DNA of 63,280 bases, counting the filler, from Octopus bimaculoides (lineage: Eukaryota), in assembly GCF_001194135.2 (NCBI RefSeq). It is 5 parts of 4 records of this genome, joined end to end, with 100 filler letters (N's around TTAATTAATTAA, not from the genome) between each part and the next. Parts side by side here need not be neighbours in the genome. Positions count along the whole stretch, not along the records: positions 1 to 28,478 come from NC_068996.1; 4 more parts are not named here. One strand, 5' to 3'. How positions within the stretch are numbered: position 1 is the first letter of the stretch; the number at the start of each line of letters is the position of its first letter. Below are positions 1-12,349 of the stretch, piece by piece. The translations under genes and the position numbers were made by a program. The notes under the pieces are model-generated. The model was not told the DNA's origin and ran no database searches. It worked only from the letters and a program-made list of their open reading frames with translations.

Positions 1-32
<32 letters not shown>

Positions 33-541
33 GAGAGATTCTTCTCAAGCATGGTATATTGCCAAAGGTCTTGGGTCATTAACTCCGTTAGGCCCAATGT
101 TCAAAGGGTGCTTTTTAGGTGCCACTGGTATGGGTGCCAATTATGCGATACCAGCATTGGCCACAACTATGATTTCACTTAGCTTGACGAGTCTTCTCAA
201 GGACAGCAAATTACCAAAGGTCTCTGTCACTTGTCATCGCCTGTGTGTGGCCCAACATTCAAAGATCATGCTTCACCACCTTGTTCCATGTCTTTCTGTG
301 TCTACCTCTTCCACACACGTTTCCTCCACAATTAAAGATTGGCACTTTTTTTACACAGCTGTCCTCGACTTTGAATATATATAACTATGTTAAATTCTCT
401 GTTATGCTTTATCTAAACAATACTTTATTTCAAAGAAGCTAACCTGATTCTTTTCACTGTACAGTTTAGGGAATATCGTCTTTACAGTCAAGGGAATATT
501 ATAAAAATTTTAGATAATATGGATTCTTTCTTTTATTGCAG

Positions 542-714
542 GCGAGAACCAGCGTCGCTGATTGAACCTCCAAATTCCAACACAGATATGCAAAAATATG
601 AAGAAGAACTTAGGAAAATCCAACCAAAAGCTGTTCGCCACTTATTTCTTATACGACATGGCCAATATGTTACGAGACAAACTGAGGACTATTTAAATAT
701 TTTAACACCTTTAG
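542..714 (+). CDS. PGAM5: PGAM5 internal coding exon (first in window): (R)REPASLIEPP...KAVRHLFLIRHGQY...LTPL(G)
   Basis: Acceptor TTTTATTGCAG ends 541; donor G|GTTGGT at 714/715. Encodes the histidine-phosphatase RHG motif and matches the recalled PGAM5 segment RREPLSL...RHIFLIRHSQY...LTPLG. Phase 2 in, phase 1 out. Confidence 0.95.
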
Positions 715-864
715 GTTGGTATCTACTTTTGTTGGTAGTATTTGGTAAGGGTTTTATGTCCTTCAAGACATAAGAAAGAAAGAGAGTGAGAGAGAGATAA
801 CGAGTTCTGATTAGTGTGGTTAATTGGTCAGTATGCAGTTCCAATTTTTGAAAATTAACTGACA

Positions 865-1175
865 CTCCATTGGTTACGATGACGAGGGTTACAGTTGATC
901 TGATCAGTGGAACATCCTGCTTGTGAAATTAACATAGAAGTAGCTGAGTACTCCACTGACACGCACACCCTTAACACAACTCTCAGGGAGATTCAGCATG
1001 ACAAAGAAAGTGTCACTAGGCTGGTCCTTTGGAATACAGATGCTACTCACTTTTGCCAGCTGAGTACACTGGAGCAATGTGAAATAAAGTGTCTTGCTCA
1101 AGGACACAATACGTTGCCAGGAATTGAACTCATGACCTTTATGATCAAAACCCTAACCACTAAGCTACATGCCTC
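865..1175 (-). mobile_element. tRNA-derived SINE (family also at 21095-21370 + and, head only, at 10625 +)
   Basis: Reverse complement of a tRNA-like head (GTGGTTAGGG...GTTCAATTCC) followed by TTGTGTCCTTGAGCAAGACACTTTATTTCAC; extensive identity to 21095-21370. Confidence 0.8.
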
Positions 1176-1462
1176 CACTGAAAATTAACGATCAGCCGCT
1201 GATTTATCAACTCTTTCCTGTTCATGCATGTCTTCTTTATCTATATCTTCACCAAAACAGTCACCATTTCCATCCCTCCCTCCCTACCCACCCACTGAAC
1301 ATACCATTATACACTGACACCCTACATACACACCCGCATAATTCAAAATTAAATTCTTGTGGAGATAGGCGTGTTTAAATAGGACATGCTTTTGATAGAT
1401 CTTGATTACCACTGCATACATATGTATGTGTAAATTATATATATATTTTTATGTATATATAT

Positions 1463-1762
1463 ATCATCATCATCATCATCACCGTTTAATGTCCGCTTTC
1501 CATGCTGGTATAGGTCAGACGGTCCTGAGTACTTCCTCTCATCTCTTCTTGGGTCTCCTTCTTCCACAGTTCCCATCCACTTTAAGCAATTGGCATTTCT
1601 TTATACAGCTGTCTTCATTCGTAAGCATCACATGTCCAAACCAATGTAGTCCTCTCTCGCTCACATGCTGCATCTGATTCCTCTTATGCCCAACTTTTCT
1701 CCTCTCAGCCTTTTTACACTTTGTTGCACATGCACACTGATGTTGCATCAGAACATACTAGC
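1463..1762 (-). mobile_element. RTE LINE 3' fragment, internally deleted
   Basis: Minus strand encodes LHWFGHVM...CIKKC...G...GRPKK, joined to the GCGGACATTAAACG(ATG)n tail shared with other RTE ends in the window. Confidence 0.75.
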
Positions 1763-1789
1763 TTCTTATCATTTAATATGTTTATTATA

Positions 1790-2732
1790 TTGGACCATCC
1801 CATAAATAATGCAGTTTTTTTATACTATAGGAAAGTGGGTTATACATCATTAGATGTACACCACTTTCCTATATAAAATTAAGAAATATAACGGAACGCT
1901 GAACTCCAGACTATCAACACTAACAACATTTATTCAGGTGGTAAATATATACATCTTTAGCTCTTGTTTGTTGTTACAACTTCTGTGTGTGTGAGCATAG
2001 TTGTTGGGACATTGTTATGTAGATGTAAGTGAGCTGTCGAGCGTAAGTCCGAAAGATGGGAGAGAGACAGCTAAACACGTCCATGCTCAATCGCTGGCCA
2101 GCAAGAAAGAGATAGAATAGAAGCGGTAACGCTTGGTTGTTGAATTCCACGCATGCGTGAGACTACGCATGTGCACAGCGTTACTACAATACTTATTTTT
2201 CAAAATCAAGGTAAACAAAATTCTTTCTTAATCTAAAAATACTCTCCTTCTAGCAATGAATGGTTGAATATACCAAATCCAAGCCTCTCTGCTACTTCCT
2301 CAACAGTTATGATAGGATTTTATTCCACCAGGGTTTGCAGGACATCCTCATTGAGCTCTACTCATCTTCCAAGGTGAGGCTCATCTTCTAGGCTGTAGTT
2401 TCTGGCTCAGAATTTCTGGAACCATAGCTTCTGCTTATTGTCTGATCCCCACTTTCTGCATTAATATTCCTTGCACTTTCCATTCCGTTGTTGCCTTTAT
2501 TGAACTCATAAACCAAAATATGCCAAATATGCTCCTTTGTTACTTCCATTATAGCTTTGAAAATATAACTATTAAAATCAAACGGCACTCTTCAAAACTT
2601 GCACTAAGAATAAGTCAAAGCCAATTTTACTACCTGCTTTTACAGCAAGTTGATGCAGGTTCTTTATCCCACCCCACTCCGCTTTTTAGTTCATGCAGTT
2701 GAAAAGACTACATTATTTATGGGACGACCCAA
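1790..2732 (-). mobile_element. Non-autonomous mariner element in a PGAM5 intron
   Basis: TIRs TTGGACCATCCCATAAATAATG / CATTATTTATGGGACGACCCAA flanked by TA; minus-strand remnant EHIWHILVYEFNKGNN...SARNIN resembles a mariner transposase N-terminus. Confidence 0.85.
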
Positions 2733-3827
2733 TATTTGTTAGATTTTATATCTTCCTAAGAGAGATCTTTAAATTCATCAGTAGATTATTTTCACTTAAA
2801 TTTTTTCTTTCTGTATATCTTTTCTTGCGATTTATTACTATATTATCCAAATATTACTTCCTTTTTTTTCTTTTTATATGTATTTTCATTCAGAATTTGT
2901 CTTTATAAATTCTTCAAGGGATAGGCTGCATGTAAACTTTTGGTATTCATTGAGGGTTTGGAATGAACTACCCCTTAATACATATATTTTAAGTTGCAAG
3001 CATGGCTTTGTGGTAAGAAGCTTGCTTCCCATCCACATGGGTTTGGATTCAGTCCCACTGCTTGACGCCTGAATGAAGCCCTTTAACTGGATCTCAAAGT
3101 GCATAAAGCTCTGAATAATAATATGTAACTATTAGGTTGAGAAACCCTTTTTGGATAGAAAGGGGAGATATGGGTTCATATCCCTTGGGTGGTTTTTAAC
3201 TTTTTTCTACTCAAAATGGTTTTTCAACCTAATATTTTCCTGTTACTATTTATAGCATTTATGCTTCAAGATCCAGTTTTCCAAAATGAATTAGTGGCTC
3301 TCATGGCTTCTGATCTTAATTGATTGGAAGTGTTATCATGCACATATTTTCTCTTGGTATAAAAGATGGGCTACAGCAAATATTCTGCTTAATACCACAG
3401 ATTTGCTTGTCAGCTGCTTGACCTTCTTAACCAGTTGAGCATGTTCCTTGGTGGCTGATGATATGTGCATCTCTGATCATGAGCAGAAATAGTAGGGTAG
3501 CATCATAGCCATGTGTTGAGAGGAATTCTTTGGGGGTTTGAATAATTCACTTCTGGAAACATGGGTCTTTTGTTCATCGTCCGTAAACAACCCTTATTCA
3601 AGGACCTTTTCAGCAGAGTGAGCTACTCAACCTGAAGAAAATTCTAACTGGGCCCCACCTGTAAGATCCAGCACGGTTCATCTTGATATGAGATCATGTT
3701 GTGCACATATCGTTGTGAAGCATGTGCCTGGTGTACCCTTAGCAGACGGGTAGTCATGTTGGGTATAATGGGCTTCATATATTTGTATCCCAGTGTCACA
3801 TTGATGGCATGCACTGCTCTCTCACTC

Positions 3828-3857
<30 letters not shown>

Positions 3858-3862
<5 letters not shown>

Positions 3863-4068
3863 TCCTTTCTACTAAAGCACAACACCTGAAATTTGAGGAG
3901 AAGAGACTAGTCAATTGCATCAACCCCAGTGTTTCACTGGTACATAATTTTTCAATCCCAAAAGGATGAAAGTTGTCCTTGGTGGAATTTGAACTCAGAA
4001 CATAAAGACACGTGAAATATCGCTAAGCATTTCATCCAGCGTGCTAACAATTCTTCCAGCTCGCCACT
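3858..4068 (-). mobile_element. tRNA-derived SINE (octopus OR-like); further copies at about 13255-13445 (-) and 31482-31672 (+)
   Basis: Reverse complement of GGCGAGCTGGAAGAATTGTTAGCACG...GTTCTGAGTTCAAATTCC...; ends against an (AAT)n run. Confidence 0.7.
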
Positions 4069-4140
4069 TTAAAACATAAAGATGGATGGAACACCTCTAA
4101 GCATTTTCCCCAGTTTGCTAACGATTCTGCCAGTTTACCC

Positions 4141-4189
<49 letters not shown>

Positions 4190-4240
4190 GAGAACAATAT
4201 TTTTAATTAGCAATTATATTCTCTTTCTTTATACTCTTAG

Positions 4241-4455
4241 GGGAAGAACAAGCATTTATGACTGGACGTCGTCTCCAAGAACTTAAAATTCCCTTTACAA
4301 GAATTGTTTCATCAACTATGATGCGTGCAGACCAAACAGCTAAAATTGTACACCAATTCTTTCCTGAATTGCGCATGGAATATAGTGACCTTCTCCGAGA
4401 AGGTATGCCAATACCACCTGAACCGGCACGTACAAGCTGGAGACCTGAATGGAAG
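4241..4455 (+). CDS. PGAM5: PGAM5 internal coding exon: (G)EEQAFMTGRRL...SSTMMRADQTA...DLLREGMPIPPEP...WRPEWK
   Basis: Polypyrimidine tract plus TAG ends 4240; phase joins the previous exon (G+GG=Gly); donor AAG|GTGTTT. Contains the S-x-M-x-R-A and DLLREG motifs. Confidence 0.95.
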
Positions 4456-4511
4456 GTGTTTATATTTTGAAAATTTTTTTAACGAACTCATTTAAAAAAC
4501 AACAACCAAAC

Positions 4512-4562
<51 letters not shown>

Positions 4563-5175
4563 CTAAGAAATAGACACCATCATTTTTTTAAAGATTTATT
4601 TCTACAAAGAAAATAATGTCATTTGATGCATCTAAATATTTAATCTAGGATTTAATCTAGCAGACATGTTTTAACCTGTTTGTGAATTGTACTAATGAGT
4701 AGTGTTTGCACTAATAAAATGGTATAACGAGGGGCATCTAATTAAAAATTGTGAGACGTCTGTATAGACCAGTTTGAAACACTCATGAGTTTCTTTGAAT
4801 TTTCTTGAATTACTTCAATATATAATGGTTCTGTTGTTGAGTTAAGCTGATTTAATTTAATTTATATTCAATTTATTTTTTAAAATACTGATTTAGATTT
4901 TTTTATTTTTTTAAGTTAGAGGCTTTTGTAAATTTTGCTACTGTTTGTTGGTTGCATTTTTATATCACCAAAATAAAATTTTCAGACTTGGCTCTAGTAG
5001 AGTAGTTGAAATAACAAGGATAGAACTAATGACCATGTAATCAGTAATTCATTAGTTTACGTTATTCTAAGCAGTTGATTGATTAGATATTTATCATATA
5101 CTTGAACCGAAGCAGTGATGACTGCAGATTTGTATAAGCAATGCAGTTAGAACTGGCCTTCTGGATATGCTTTAA

Positions 5176-5395
5176 TCTTTTAGCATTTAAACCAGCCATA
5201 TTCAGCCCAGATATTCTACCTGTTTTAATGCTGAAACCAGCCAGATTTGGTCTCTCACACCTACTCTGCAATGTCATTCTAAAATTAAACAATTATATTG
5301 TTAAAACCTTGAAGCTACAAAATGGTGCATGAGTTAATATTAAACATGAATACGTAAGCATTACATTTGACAGAGTAAACTGCGAATGCTAAAGA
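5176..5395. mobile_element. piggyBac-like MITE
   Basis: Short TIRs TCTTTTAGCATT / GAATGCTAAAGA with TTAA on both sides (5172-5175, 5396-5399). Confidence 0.65.
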
Positions 5396-5689
5396 TTAAT
5401 TTGTTTGATTAATATTCTTTGCATTTTGGTGGGACCTAGTTTATCGCATGCTGTCTGAGCACATTGTTACTTTGTTCTTGTATGTTATTAGGTCATTGTG
5501 GTAATCACAATGAAGATAAGAAATGTCCATGAACAAAGTAGATATGCCATACCTTGGTGTTTGAAAGTGATTGAACATTTAATAAGAATAGAGATTATGT
5601 CAGACTTTACATGCGGTCTTTCATTTTAAGTAGCTTTTTAGTTTCATTCTGCAGTATGTTTGTGAGTATGCAATGTCTACAGCCAGTGG

Positions 5690-6170
5690 TGAAGTGGTCT
5701 TTGATTGTGATTTATTGTGGAGACACTGGGATCCATAAGAGGACTGACACAAGCAATGATAGGGCTGATGTATTCTATTTCATGCTAGTCATACTGCGTT
5801 CTGTGTGAACATTTGAGCCAGTTGACGGCTGTAGAAGGTTGTACAAAGTGGAAATTCCAGGAAGGAAATGGTGTAGTAGTTAGTTAGCTTTGGATCTGGT
5901 ATGCTGAGTGGACAATATGAGAAAGATGTGCTTGATTGGAGATAGCACCAAGACCAGTAGCTTTGAAGAGTTGAGGATATCAGATGCTGTAGAACAAGCA
6001 GAGATTGAAAGCTGTAATGTCAGTGGGCTAAATGTTGGTGTGTGTTGGTGAGCAACTTCACCAATTGGCCGAGTGGCCTTTCTTTGGATGAGGTAAGATG
6101 TCAGTGTGTGTAGCAGCAGCAGCACACCCCTGATGCAGGAGCAGTCCTCCATTGTAGTTCTCATCTGAAT
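5690..6170 (-). mobile_element. Highly decayed CR1/L2-like reverse transcriptase remnant
   Basis: Minus strand gives LPHPKKGHSAN, reminiscent of the PxPKKGD..SNYRPI RT motif; many stops and frameshifts. Confidence 0.4.
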
Positions 6171-6346
6171 ATTGCAGAAAGGGAGTAATGCGGGAGTGGA
6201 AATATTTTCAGACTCTGTGAGTGTATCCTTTATATTTTAAATGCTTCTAACATCGTTAGTTTTACATTTCAAAACCTTCACTTGATACGTTTAAAGTTTT
6301 GATGTTGATCAAAAGCAATTAATATTTGGATTCTTTGTTCTTCTAG

Positions 6347-6477
6347 TTCTTAGCTGATGGTCCAAGAATAGAAGCAGCATTCCAAGAATATTTTCACCGT
6401 GCTAATATCGATCAGAAAGACGATAGTTACGAAATATTAGTGTGTCATGCTAATGTCATCCGATATTTTGTATGTCG
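6347..6477 (+). CDS. PGAM5: PGAM5 internal coding exon: [43 protein letters not shown](R)
   Basis: Acceptor TTCTTTGTTCTTCTAG ends 6346; donor CG|GTAGGT. Contains CHANVIRY with the second catalytic His. Absent from the ORF track because it has no ATG. Confidence 0.96.
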
Positions 6478-6866
6478 GTAGGTATGATTTTAATTTATTT
6501 CCTTCTGTTTTACTTATGTTTTTTGTATAGATTTTGTTTTCAGTTTTCAATTTAGGGTAGATGCTGTTGTGTGATTAATGTCTAAGAGACTGAATCCTCT
6601 TTGAACATCAGAGTATTTTGTGTTTGCTCAGTTTCTCTGAAACATCTTGCCCATTCTTTTTGGCACTTTCTTCCAGCTCATTCTTGCTTTATGAAAGCTA
6701 AGAAGGCTCTCAGCACCAGAGATTTTTATTTCGATAAGTTGGAGAGATGGCAGGAGAGGCATCCCATAACCTTTCTAGACATGTCAAGTTGATGTTGTTC
6801 TTATCTAACTTGAGGAGAGAGAGGAAAAGAGAGAGAGGAAGAGAGAGGGAGAGAGAGATAGAGAGG

Positions 6867-6897
<31 letters not shown>

Positions 6898-7034
6898 GGG
6901 AAGAGAGAAAGAGAGAGAGAGAGAGTATGTATGGAAGCATTTATCTCTCTCTCTCTTAGAATGATTGGAATTGGTGTTAGTGCGACATAGTTCCCTGTGG
7001 AATATTTGCAATTATTCAGCTACAGTATTCAGAC

Positions 7035-7405
7035 ATGGCTGTGTGGTTAAGAAGTTTACTTCCCAACCATGTGGTTTCAAGTTCAATCCTACTGTATGGC
7101 ACATTAAACAAGTGTCTTCTTCTATAGCCTTGTGCTGACCAAAGCCTTGTGAAACTGAAAGAAACCCATATGTGTGTGTTTGTTTGTGTGTGTGTGTGTG
7201 TGCATACATACATACATATGGGTGTGTGTCTTTGTGTCACTGCTTGACAACTGGTATTGGTGTGTTTACATCTCTGTAACTTAGCAGTCAGGAAAAGAGA
7301 CTTATAGAGTAAGTACCAGACTTTTAAAAAAATGAGCCCTGAGGTCAATTTGTTTGAATAAAATTCTTCAAAGTGCTCCAGTATGGCTGCTCCCCAAGTA
7401 AAAGG
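7035..7405 (+). mobile_element. tRNA-derived SINE (octopus OK-like, with internal microsatellite). Other copies at about 8230-8670, 11305-11660, 18500-18965(-), 25270-25640(-), 26975-27215(-), 33140-33300, 33480-33990, 41570-41810, 43310-43530(-), 44430-44590(-), 60010-60170
   Basis: Head GGCTGTGTGGT(T)AAG...GTTC...CC, body CCAAAGCCTTGTGA, (TG)n linker and tail GTGCTCCAGCATGGC...AAGTAAAAG recur more than 10 times in the window. Confidence 0.85.
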
Positions 7406-7460
7406 TAAACACACACACACACATACACACACACACACACATTTAGATAAAGATAGTTAC

Positions 7461-7538
7461 GGCCTGTCTATGAGGTTACCCAGGGTTTCGCATCCATAAA
7501 GCACTTTACATCTTATCAGACCCTAATGGCCACTGGCC
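7461..7538 (-). ncRNA. Decayed hammerhead-like motif, family B, antisense in a PGAM5 intron
   Basis: Minus strand reads AGGGT-CTGATAA-GATGTAAAGTGCTTTATGGATGC-GAAACCCTGG-GTA-ACCT; homologous to 22824-22874 and 24366-24428; core G8 changed to A. Confidence 0.45.
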
Positions 7539-8689
7539 TGTATAACTACCTGAACCAGTGCAGAACGAGTATCTCAAGCCATTTAGAATAATTTAATTAG
7601 GGTAAGGTGTACCCTTGTCAGATATGTAGTCATGATGGGTAGACATCAAATTCACTTTACCCATGCTAGCATGGGTTGGATGATTTGACGGAGGACTGGT
7701 GAACCAGATGGCTGCACCAGGCTCCAATCTGATTTGGCAGAGTTTCAACAGCTGGATACCCTTCCTAATGCCAACCACTCCGAGAGTGTAGTGGGTGCTT
7801 TTTACGTGTCACCGGCACGAGGGTTAGGGTTAGGGTTCAGCAAAGTCAATCATAGAAGACTGAAATAAAAAAAAGTACGCATGGAAAGCAATTTTTTCGA
7901 CCAAACCATTCTCGATGGTGCCCTAACATGACTACAATCCAATGACTGAAACAATTAAAAAATAAAATAAAAAACAACACGCATATGAAATTATAAGATA
8001 AAGGTCGCAGTCTTATTTGTTTGGGTTAATGCGAACGAGATGGCAAACAAGATATTCTATCATAAGTAGTGTGAAAAATTACTAAAGGATTTTTTGCCAT
8101 CTGTTTTGTGTCGAAAAAACAAAACATAGGTGAAGGGAGATAATCAATATTAACTTCCTGTATGATTATTTCCCTTATGTTGTATGCTTTGCCAATCGCT
8201 GGTGTGTGTGTGTGTGTGTGTGTAGGCGCGGGCCTGACTGCGTGTTATAGGTTTCATATTCTGTTCTACTGCATGATACCTTGGGCAAGTGTATTTTATT
8301 TTATGTGGATCAAAATTATACAACAAACAAAAGACAGATAGGCGTGGGAGCAATAAACAGGCTTTGACGCACAAGGAAAATTGAAGAAATCTTTGACAAC
8401 CCCGGGCTGACTAAAGCATAGATGGAAACAAAAAGAAGCCCCTTGTATGTATGTGTGTTTGTGGTTTTCTCCTACCACTATTTGACAGCTGGTGTTGGTT
8501 TGTTTATGTCTCCCATATCTTGGCAGTTCGGCAAAAGAGATTGATAGAATAAGTAATGGGATTTAAAAAGTAAGTACTTGGATCGATTCGTTTGAGTAAA
8601 CCCTTTGAAAGCAGTGCTCCAGCATGACTACAGTCCAATGGCTGAAACAAGTAAAGGATAAAAGATATATACACATGCGTATATACTCT

Positions 8690-9430
8690 GGAAAGTCAGA
8701 GTCATTGCAAAGGATCCCAAGGTTTCAGAATGGTGCCATCAGAAGAGTTGTGCATGAGGACATCTAGTGTAAGTTGTATATAATGCAGAGGGGTCAGTTT
8801 ATGTTGGATGTGACAAAAGAGAACCGTTTGATCCATGGAAAGACCCTGCTAAACAAGTTAAAAAAGAGGTTGGAATTTTCTTTTTCTTTTTTTTTTTTTT
8901 TGTCTGGTTTAAAAAGTTCAGTGAAGGCCGAAAGGTAAACTGAAGGAATGACAGAAACCGAAATAGGTTTTCATGGTCAACCAGTGACTGGGATGGTTCT
9001 AGGAGTCGTCAGTAATGAGGGAGATGTCATTCCTCCTCACTTTTTTTCTTGGGGCTTATACAGAGGAGTTGGAGAAAGTTGTGAGGCCCTGGACAGACAG
9101 ACAGACTATGTCATGGAAGCCAGTACATCTTTCAACAAGACTCTGCACTGACTCTTAAGGCTAAGACATGGCTGCATGTCAGTCTCCATAACCATGTTCT
9201 CCCAGATATATAGCCTCCTAGTTTACCAGACCTCAATTCACTGTCCTACCATGTGTAGGGCTTAGTTGAGAGAGAGGTCAATCAACACCCCTGTAACACC
9301 ATACAATCCTTCAAGGCTGCTACAACCAGTGCAACGTCTAAAATTGATGAAGATCATCTGATTCAGGCATGTCGATGTATTGAAGCAGCCATCGATGCTA
9401 ACAATGGATTTATTGAATAAGTGTGATTCT
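8690..9430 (+). mobile_element. Tc1/mariner (DD37D/maT-like) transposase remnant
   Basis: MVLGVVSNEGDVIPPHFF and DI*PPSLPDLNSLSYHV*GLVEREVN (decayed WPPSSPDLNPLDY) with stops and frameshifts. Confidence 0.75.
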
Positions 9431-11719
9431 CAAGATTATTTGTACCAAATCATTTTCAAACATAGATTTTCTTTGATGAGCTATTCATCTTTTTCTAAAT
9501 TCATACAAATGACAAGATGGCTGCGAGTCTCTGGTTACTGGATGTGCCACTCTGAACTGGAAGCATCCAAATTAGTCTTGTGGAACCTACTTCATGTTAT
9601 CACACTTACATAGACAACTTGATGGCAGACATTGGCTTAGAGTGTATCAAGGATCTAGAGGCAGTGATGATGAACTGAGAAGAGTGGGGGATTGAATTTT
9701 GTTGCTGTGGGCTGGGTTCCAACCTAGCCGTAAAAAAAATTCAAATGACCTAAAAAAACTGACACACTCTACACATACACACAAAATATAATATATATAT
9801 ATATAAATATGTTCATTCAATTCCCATGCATACTAACACCCACTTTTTTCTGTCAAGGGCCTATATGCCCCAATATTAAACTGTTTTCTTCTGCCAACAC
9901 ATGGCGATCACTTTATAAGCTCATATATATAGAGACACCATACATGTGTTTGTGTGTGTGTGTGAGTATATATATAGTTGTTGTATTTACTAAAACTCCA
10001 GGCCACCCAATATCTTGTGGGTGGATTTGTTAAAAAAACTATACAAACTCTTCACACACACACGTACATACATGACTGTTGAATTGTATCACATGAATGA
10101 GAGAGGACTGCTTAGGATATGTTGTTGATTTATGAGTTTCAGTTAGGTGATATATTTGTTGGTGTGAATCATCATGATCATGGTCTTAAGTTTGAGTCTG
10201 CTCATTGCTTTGTCTTCTACTGTTGCTGAATAGTTGTTAATTTTTCTTTCTTGTCAGTGGTTATTTTTTGTGGGGTAGTGCTTAAGTTTCTTTATTTTTG
10301 TTGAAAGTAGGGGTTGTGGTGATTAAAAACTGGACCCCTTTATCGAGAAACATAAGTAAAATAAACACTACACAACAAAAAATAACATGACATAACAGAA
10401 AAATAATTACTAACCAACAAAAGCAAAACAATGAACTCACACCAAGCAAGAGGCCATACACTCACCAACAAATATAAAACACCATCAAACCATGTTGCAA
10501 CAGTGCCCACCTGAAGATTGTAATTGCATGAAACTCAAGTCACAAGATAAACAATATATGTGCATGTGTGAATGTTTGCACCCTGCAGATGCTTAAAAAT
10601 TTGCTAAATTACAATAAATTTGTGAAGGCACATGGTGCAGTGGTTAGAGCATTTGGGCTCACAATCATGAGATAGTAAGTTTGATTTTTGAACCAGGCTG
10701 TGTGTTGTGTTCTCGAGCAAGACACTTTATTTCACATTGCTCCAGTTCATTCAGCTGTAGAAATGAGTTGTGATGTCACTGGTACCAAGCTGTATCGGCC
10801 TTTGCCTTTTCCTTAGATAACATTGGTGGCATGGAGAGGGGAGGCTGGTATGCATGGACTCTACTGGTCTTTCATAAACAACCTTACTTGGACTTGTGCC
10901 TTGGAGGGGAACTTTTTACGTGCAATCCCATGGTCAGTCATGACTGAGAGGAGTCTTTATCCTCTTTACAATTGTTTTGTAGTCATTTCCCTTCCAACAA
11001 ATCACCTGAACTCAAGGCTGTTATAAAAGATGCCATGCAGTTGGATTGAACTTTGGACTCGTGATTGCAAAGGGAAACTCTTCACCATTTAGTTATATCT
11101 GCATTCATTAACAGTCAGTAGGTATCATGGTATCACACTCCAAACCAAAGTAAAGATAGTTTGCATCTCATAGTATAATATCTCTAATTTGTGTTCCTGC
11201 CATTTAATGCTCGCTGACTCATGACACCTAACTTAATATATGTCAGTGCCCCAGCAGGGTCTCAGCCTTAGAACTGCAATATATGAGAATGTATGGTGTG
11301 ATTGTGTGGTAAGAGGTTTGTTTCCCAACTACATGGTTCCAGGTTCAGTCCCACTGCATGGCACCTTGGGCAAATGTTTTCTACTATAGCCTTGGGCCGA
11401 CCAAAGCCTTGTGAGTGGACTTGGTAGGTGGAAACTGAAAGAAGCCTGTTGTATATGTGTGTGTCTGTGATTGTCCCCAACCACTGCTTAACAAGTGGTG
11501 TTGGTGTGTTTACATCCCCTGTAACTTAAAGAGACCTATAGAATAAGTACCAGGCTTTAAAAAAATATGTACTGGGGTAGGTCCTTTTCACTAAAAATTG
11601 ACCAAGGCAGAGCCCAGCCTGGCCACAGTCTATTGACTGAAACAGGTAAAAGGCAGGAGATAGATATAGCTGTTGTAAGCAATAGAACTAACATGTGTCA
11701 TTTCCTAACAATGCTGAGT

Positions 11720-12036
11720 TCAAGTTTCCTATTTACCTTGGTTCTTGTGCGGGTGGCACATGAGATGCACCATTTTGAGCGTGGCCGTTGCCAGTACCGC
11801 CTGACTGGCTCCTGTAGGATTTTCGAGCGAGATCGTTGCCAGTGCCCCTGGACTGGCTTGTGCGGGTGGCACATAAAAGACACCATTTCGAGCGTGGCCG
11901 TTTTCGTGCGGGTGACACGTAAAAGCACCCACTACACTCTCTGAGTGGTTGGCGTTAGGAAGGGCATCCAGCTGTAGAAACTCTGCCAAATCAGACTGGA
12001 GCCTGGTGTTGCCATCCGGTTTCACCAGTCCTCAGT
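11720..12036 (+). mobile_element. RTE LINE 3' UTR fragment with tandem stem-loop units
   Basis: Units of GCCAGT..ACTGGC..GGTGGCAC followed by AAAAGCACCCACTACACTCT..GAGTGGTTGGCGTTAGGAAGGGCATCC, as in 26099-26785. Confidence 0.8.
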
Positions 12037-12301
12037 NNNNNNNNNNNNNNNNNNNNNNNNNNNNNNNNNNNNNNNNNNNNNNNNNNNNNNNNNNNNNNNN
12101 NNNNNNNNNNNNNNNNNNNNNNNNNNNNNNNNNNNNNNNNNNNNNNNNNNNNNNNNNNNNNNNNNNNNNNNNNNNNNNNNNNNNNNNNNNNNNNNNNNNN
12201 NNNTTGTTGTTGTTCAGGTCAGTGCCTGGAATTGAACTTCAAATGTTGGGGTTAGTAGCCCACACTGAGGGCTACTAACCCCAAGATTCCAGGCAGTAAC
12301 T

Positions 12302-12347
<46 letters not shown>

Positions 12348-12349
<2 letters not shown>

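Noticed and set aside
28-384. 118-aa ORF at the window start as PGAM5 exon 1
   Set aside because: No TM anchor or WDxNWD; it is antisense RTE tail and repeat sequence.
3455-3500. CTGATGA..GCA-GAAAT in an intronic repeat
   Set aside because: No stem III, cleavage triplet or stem I.
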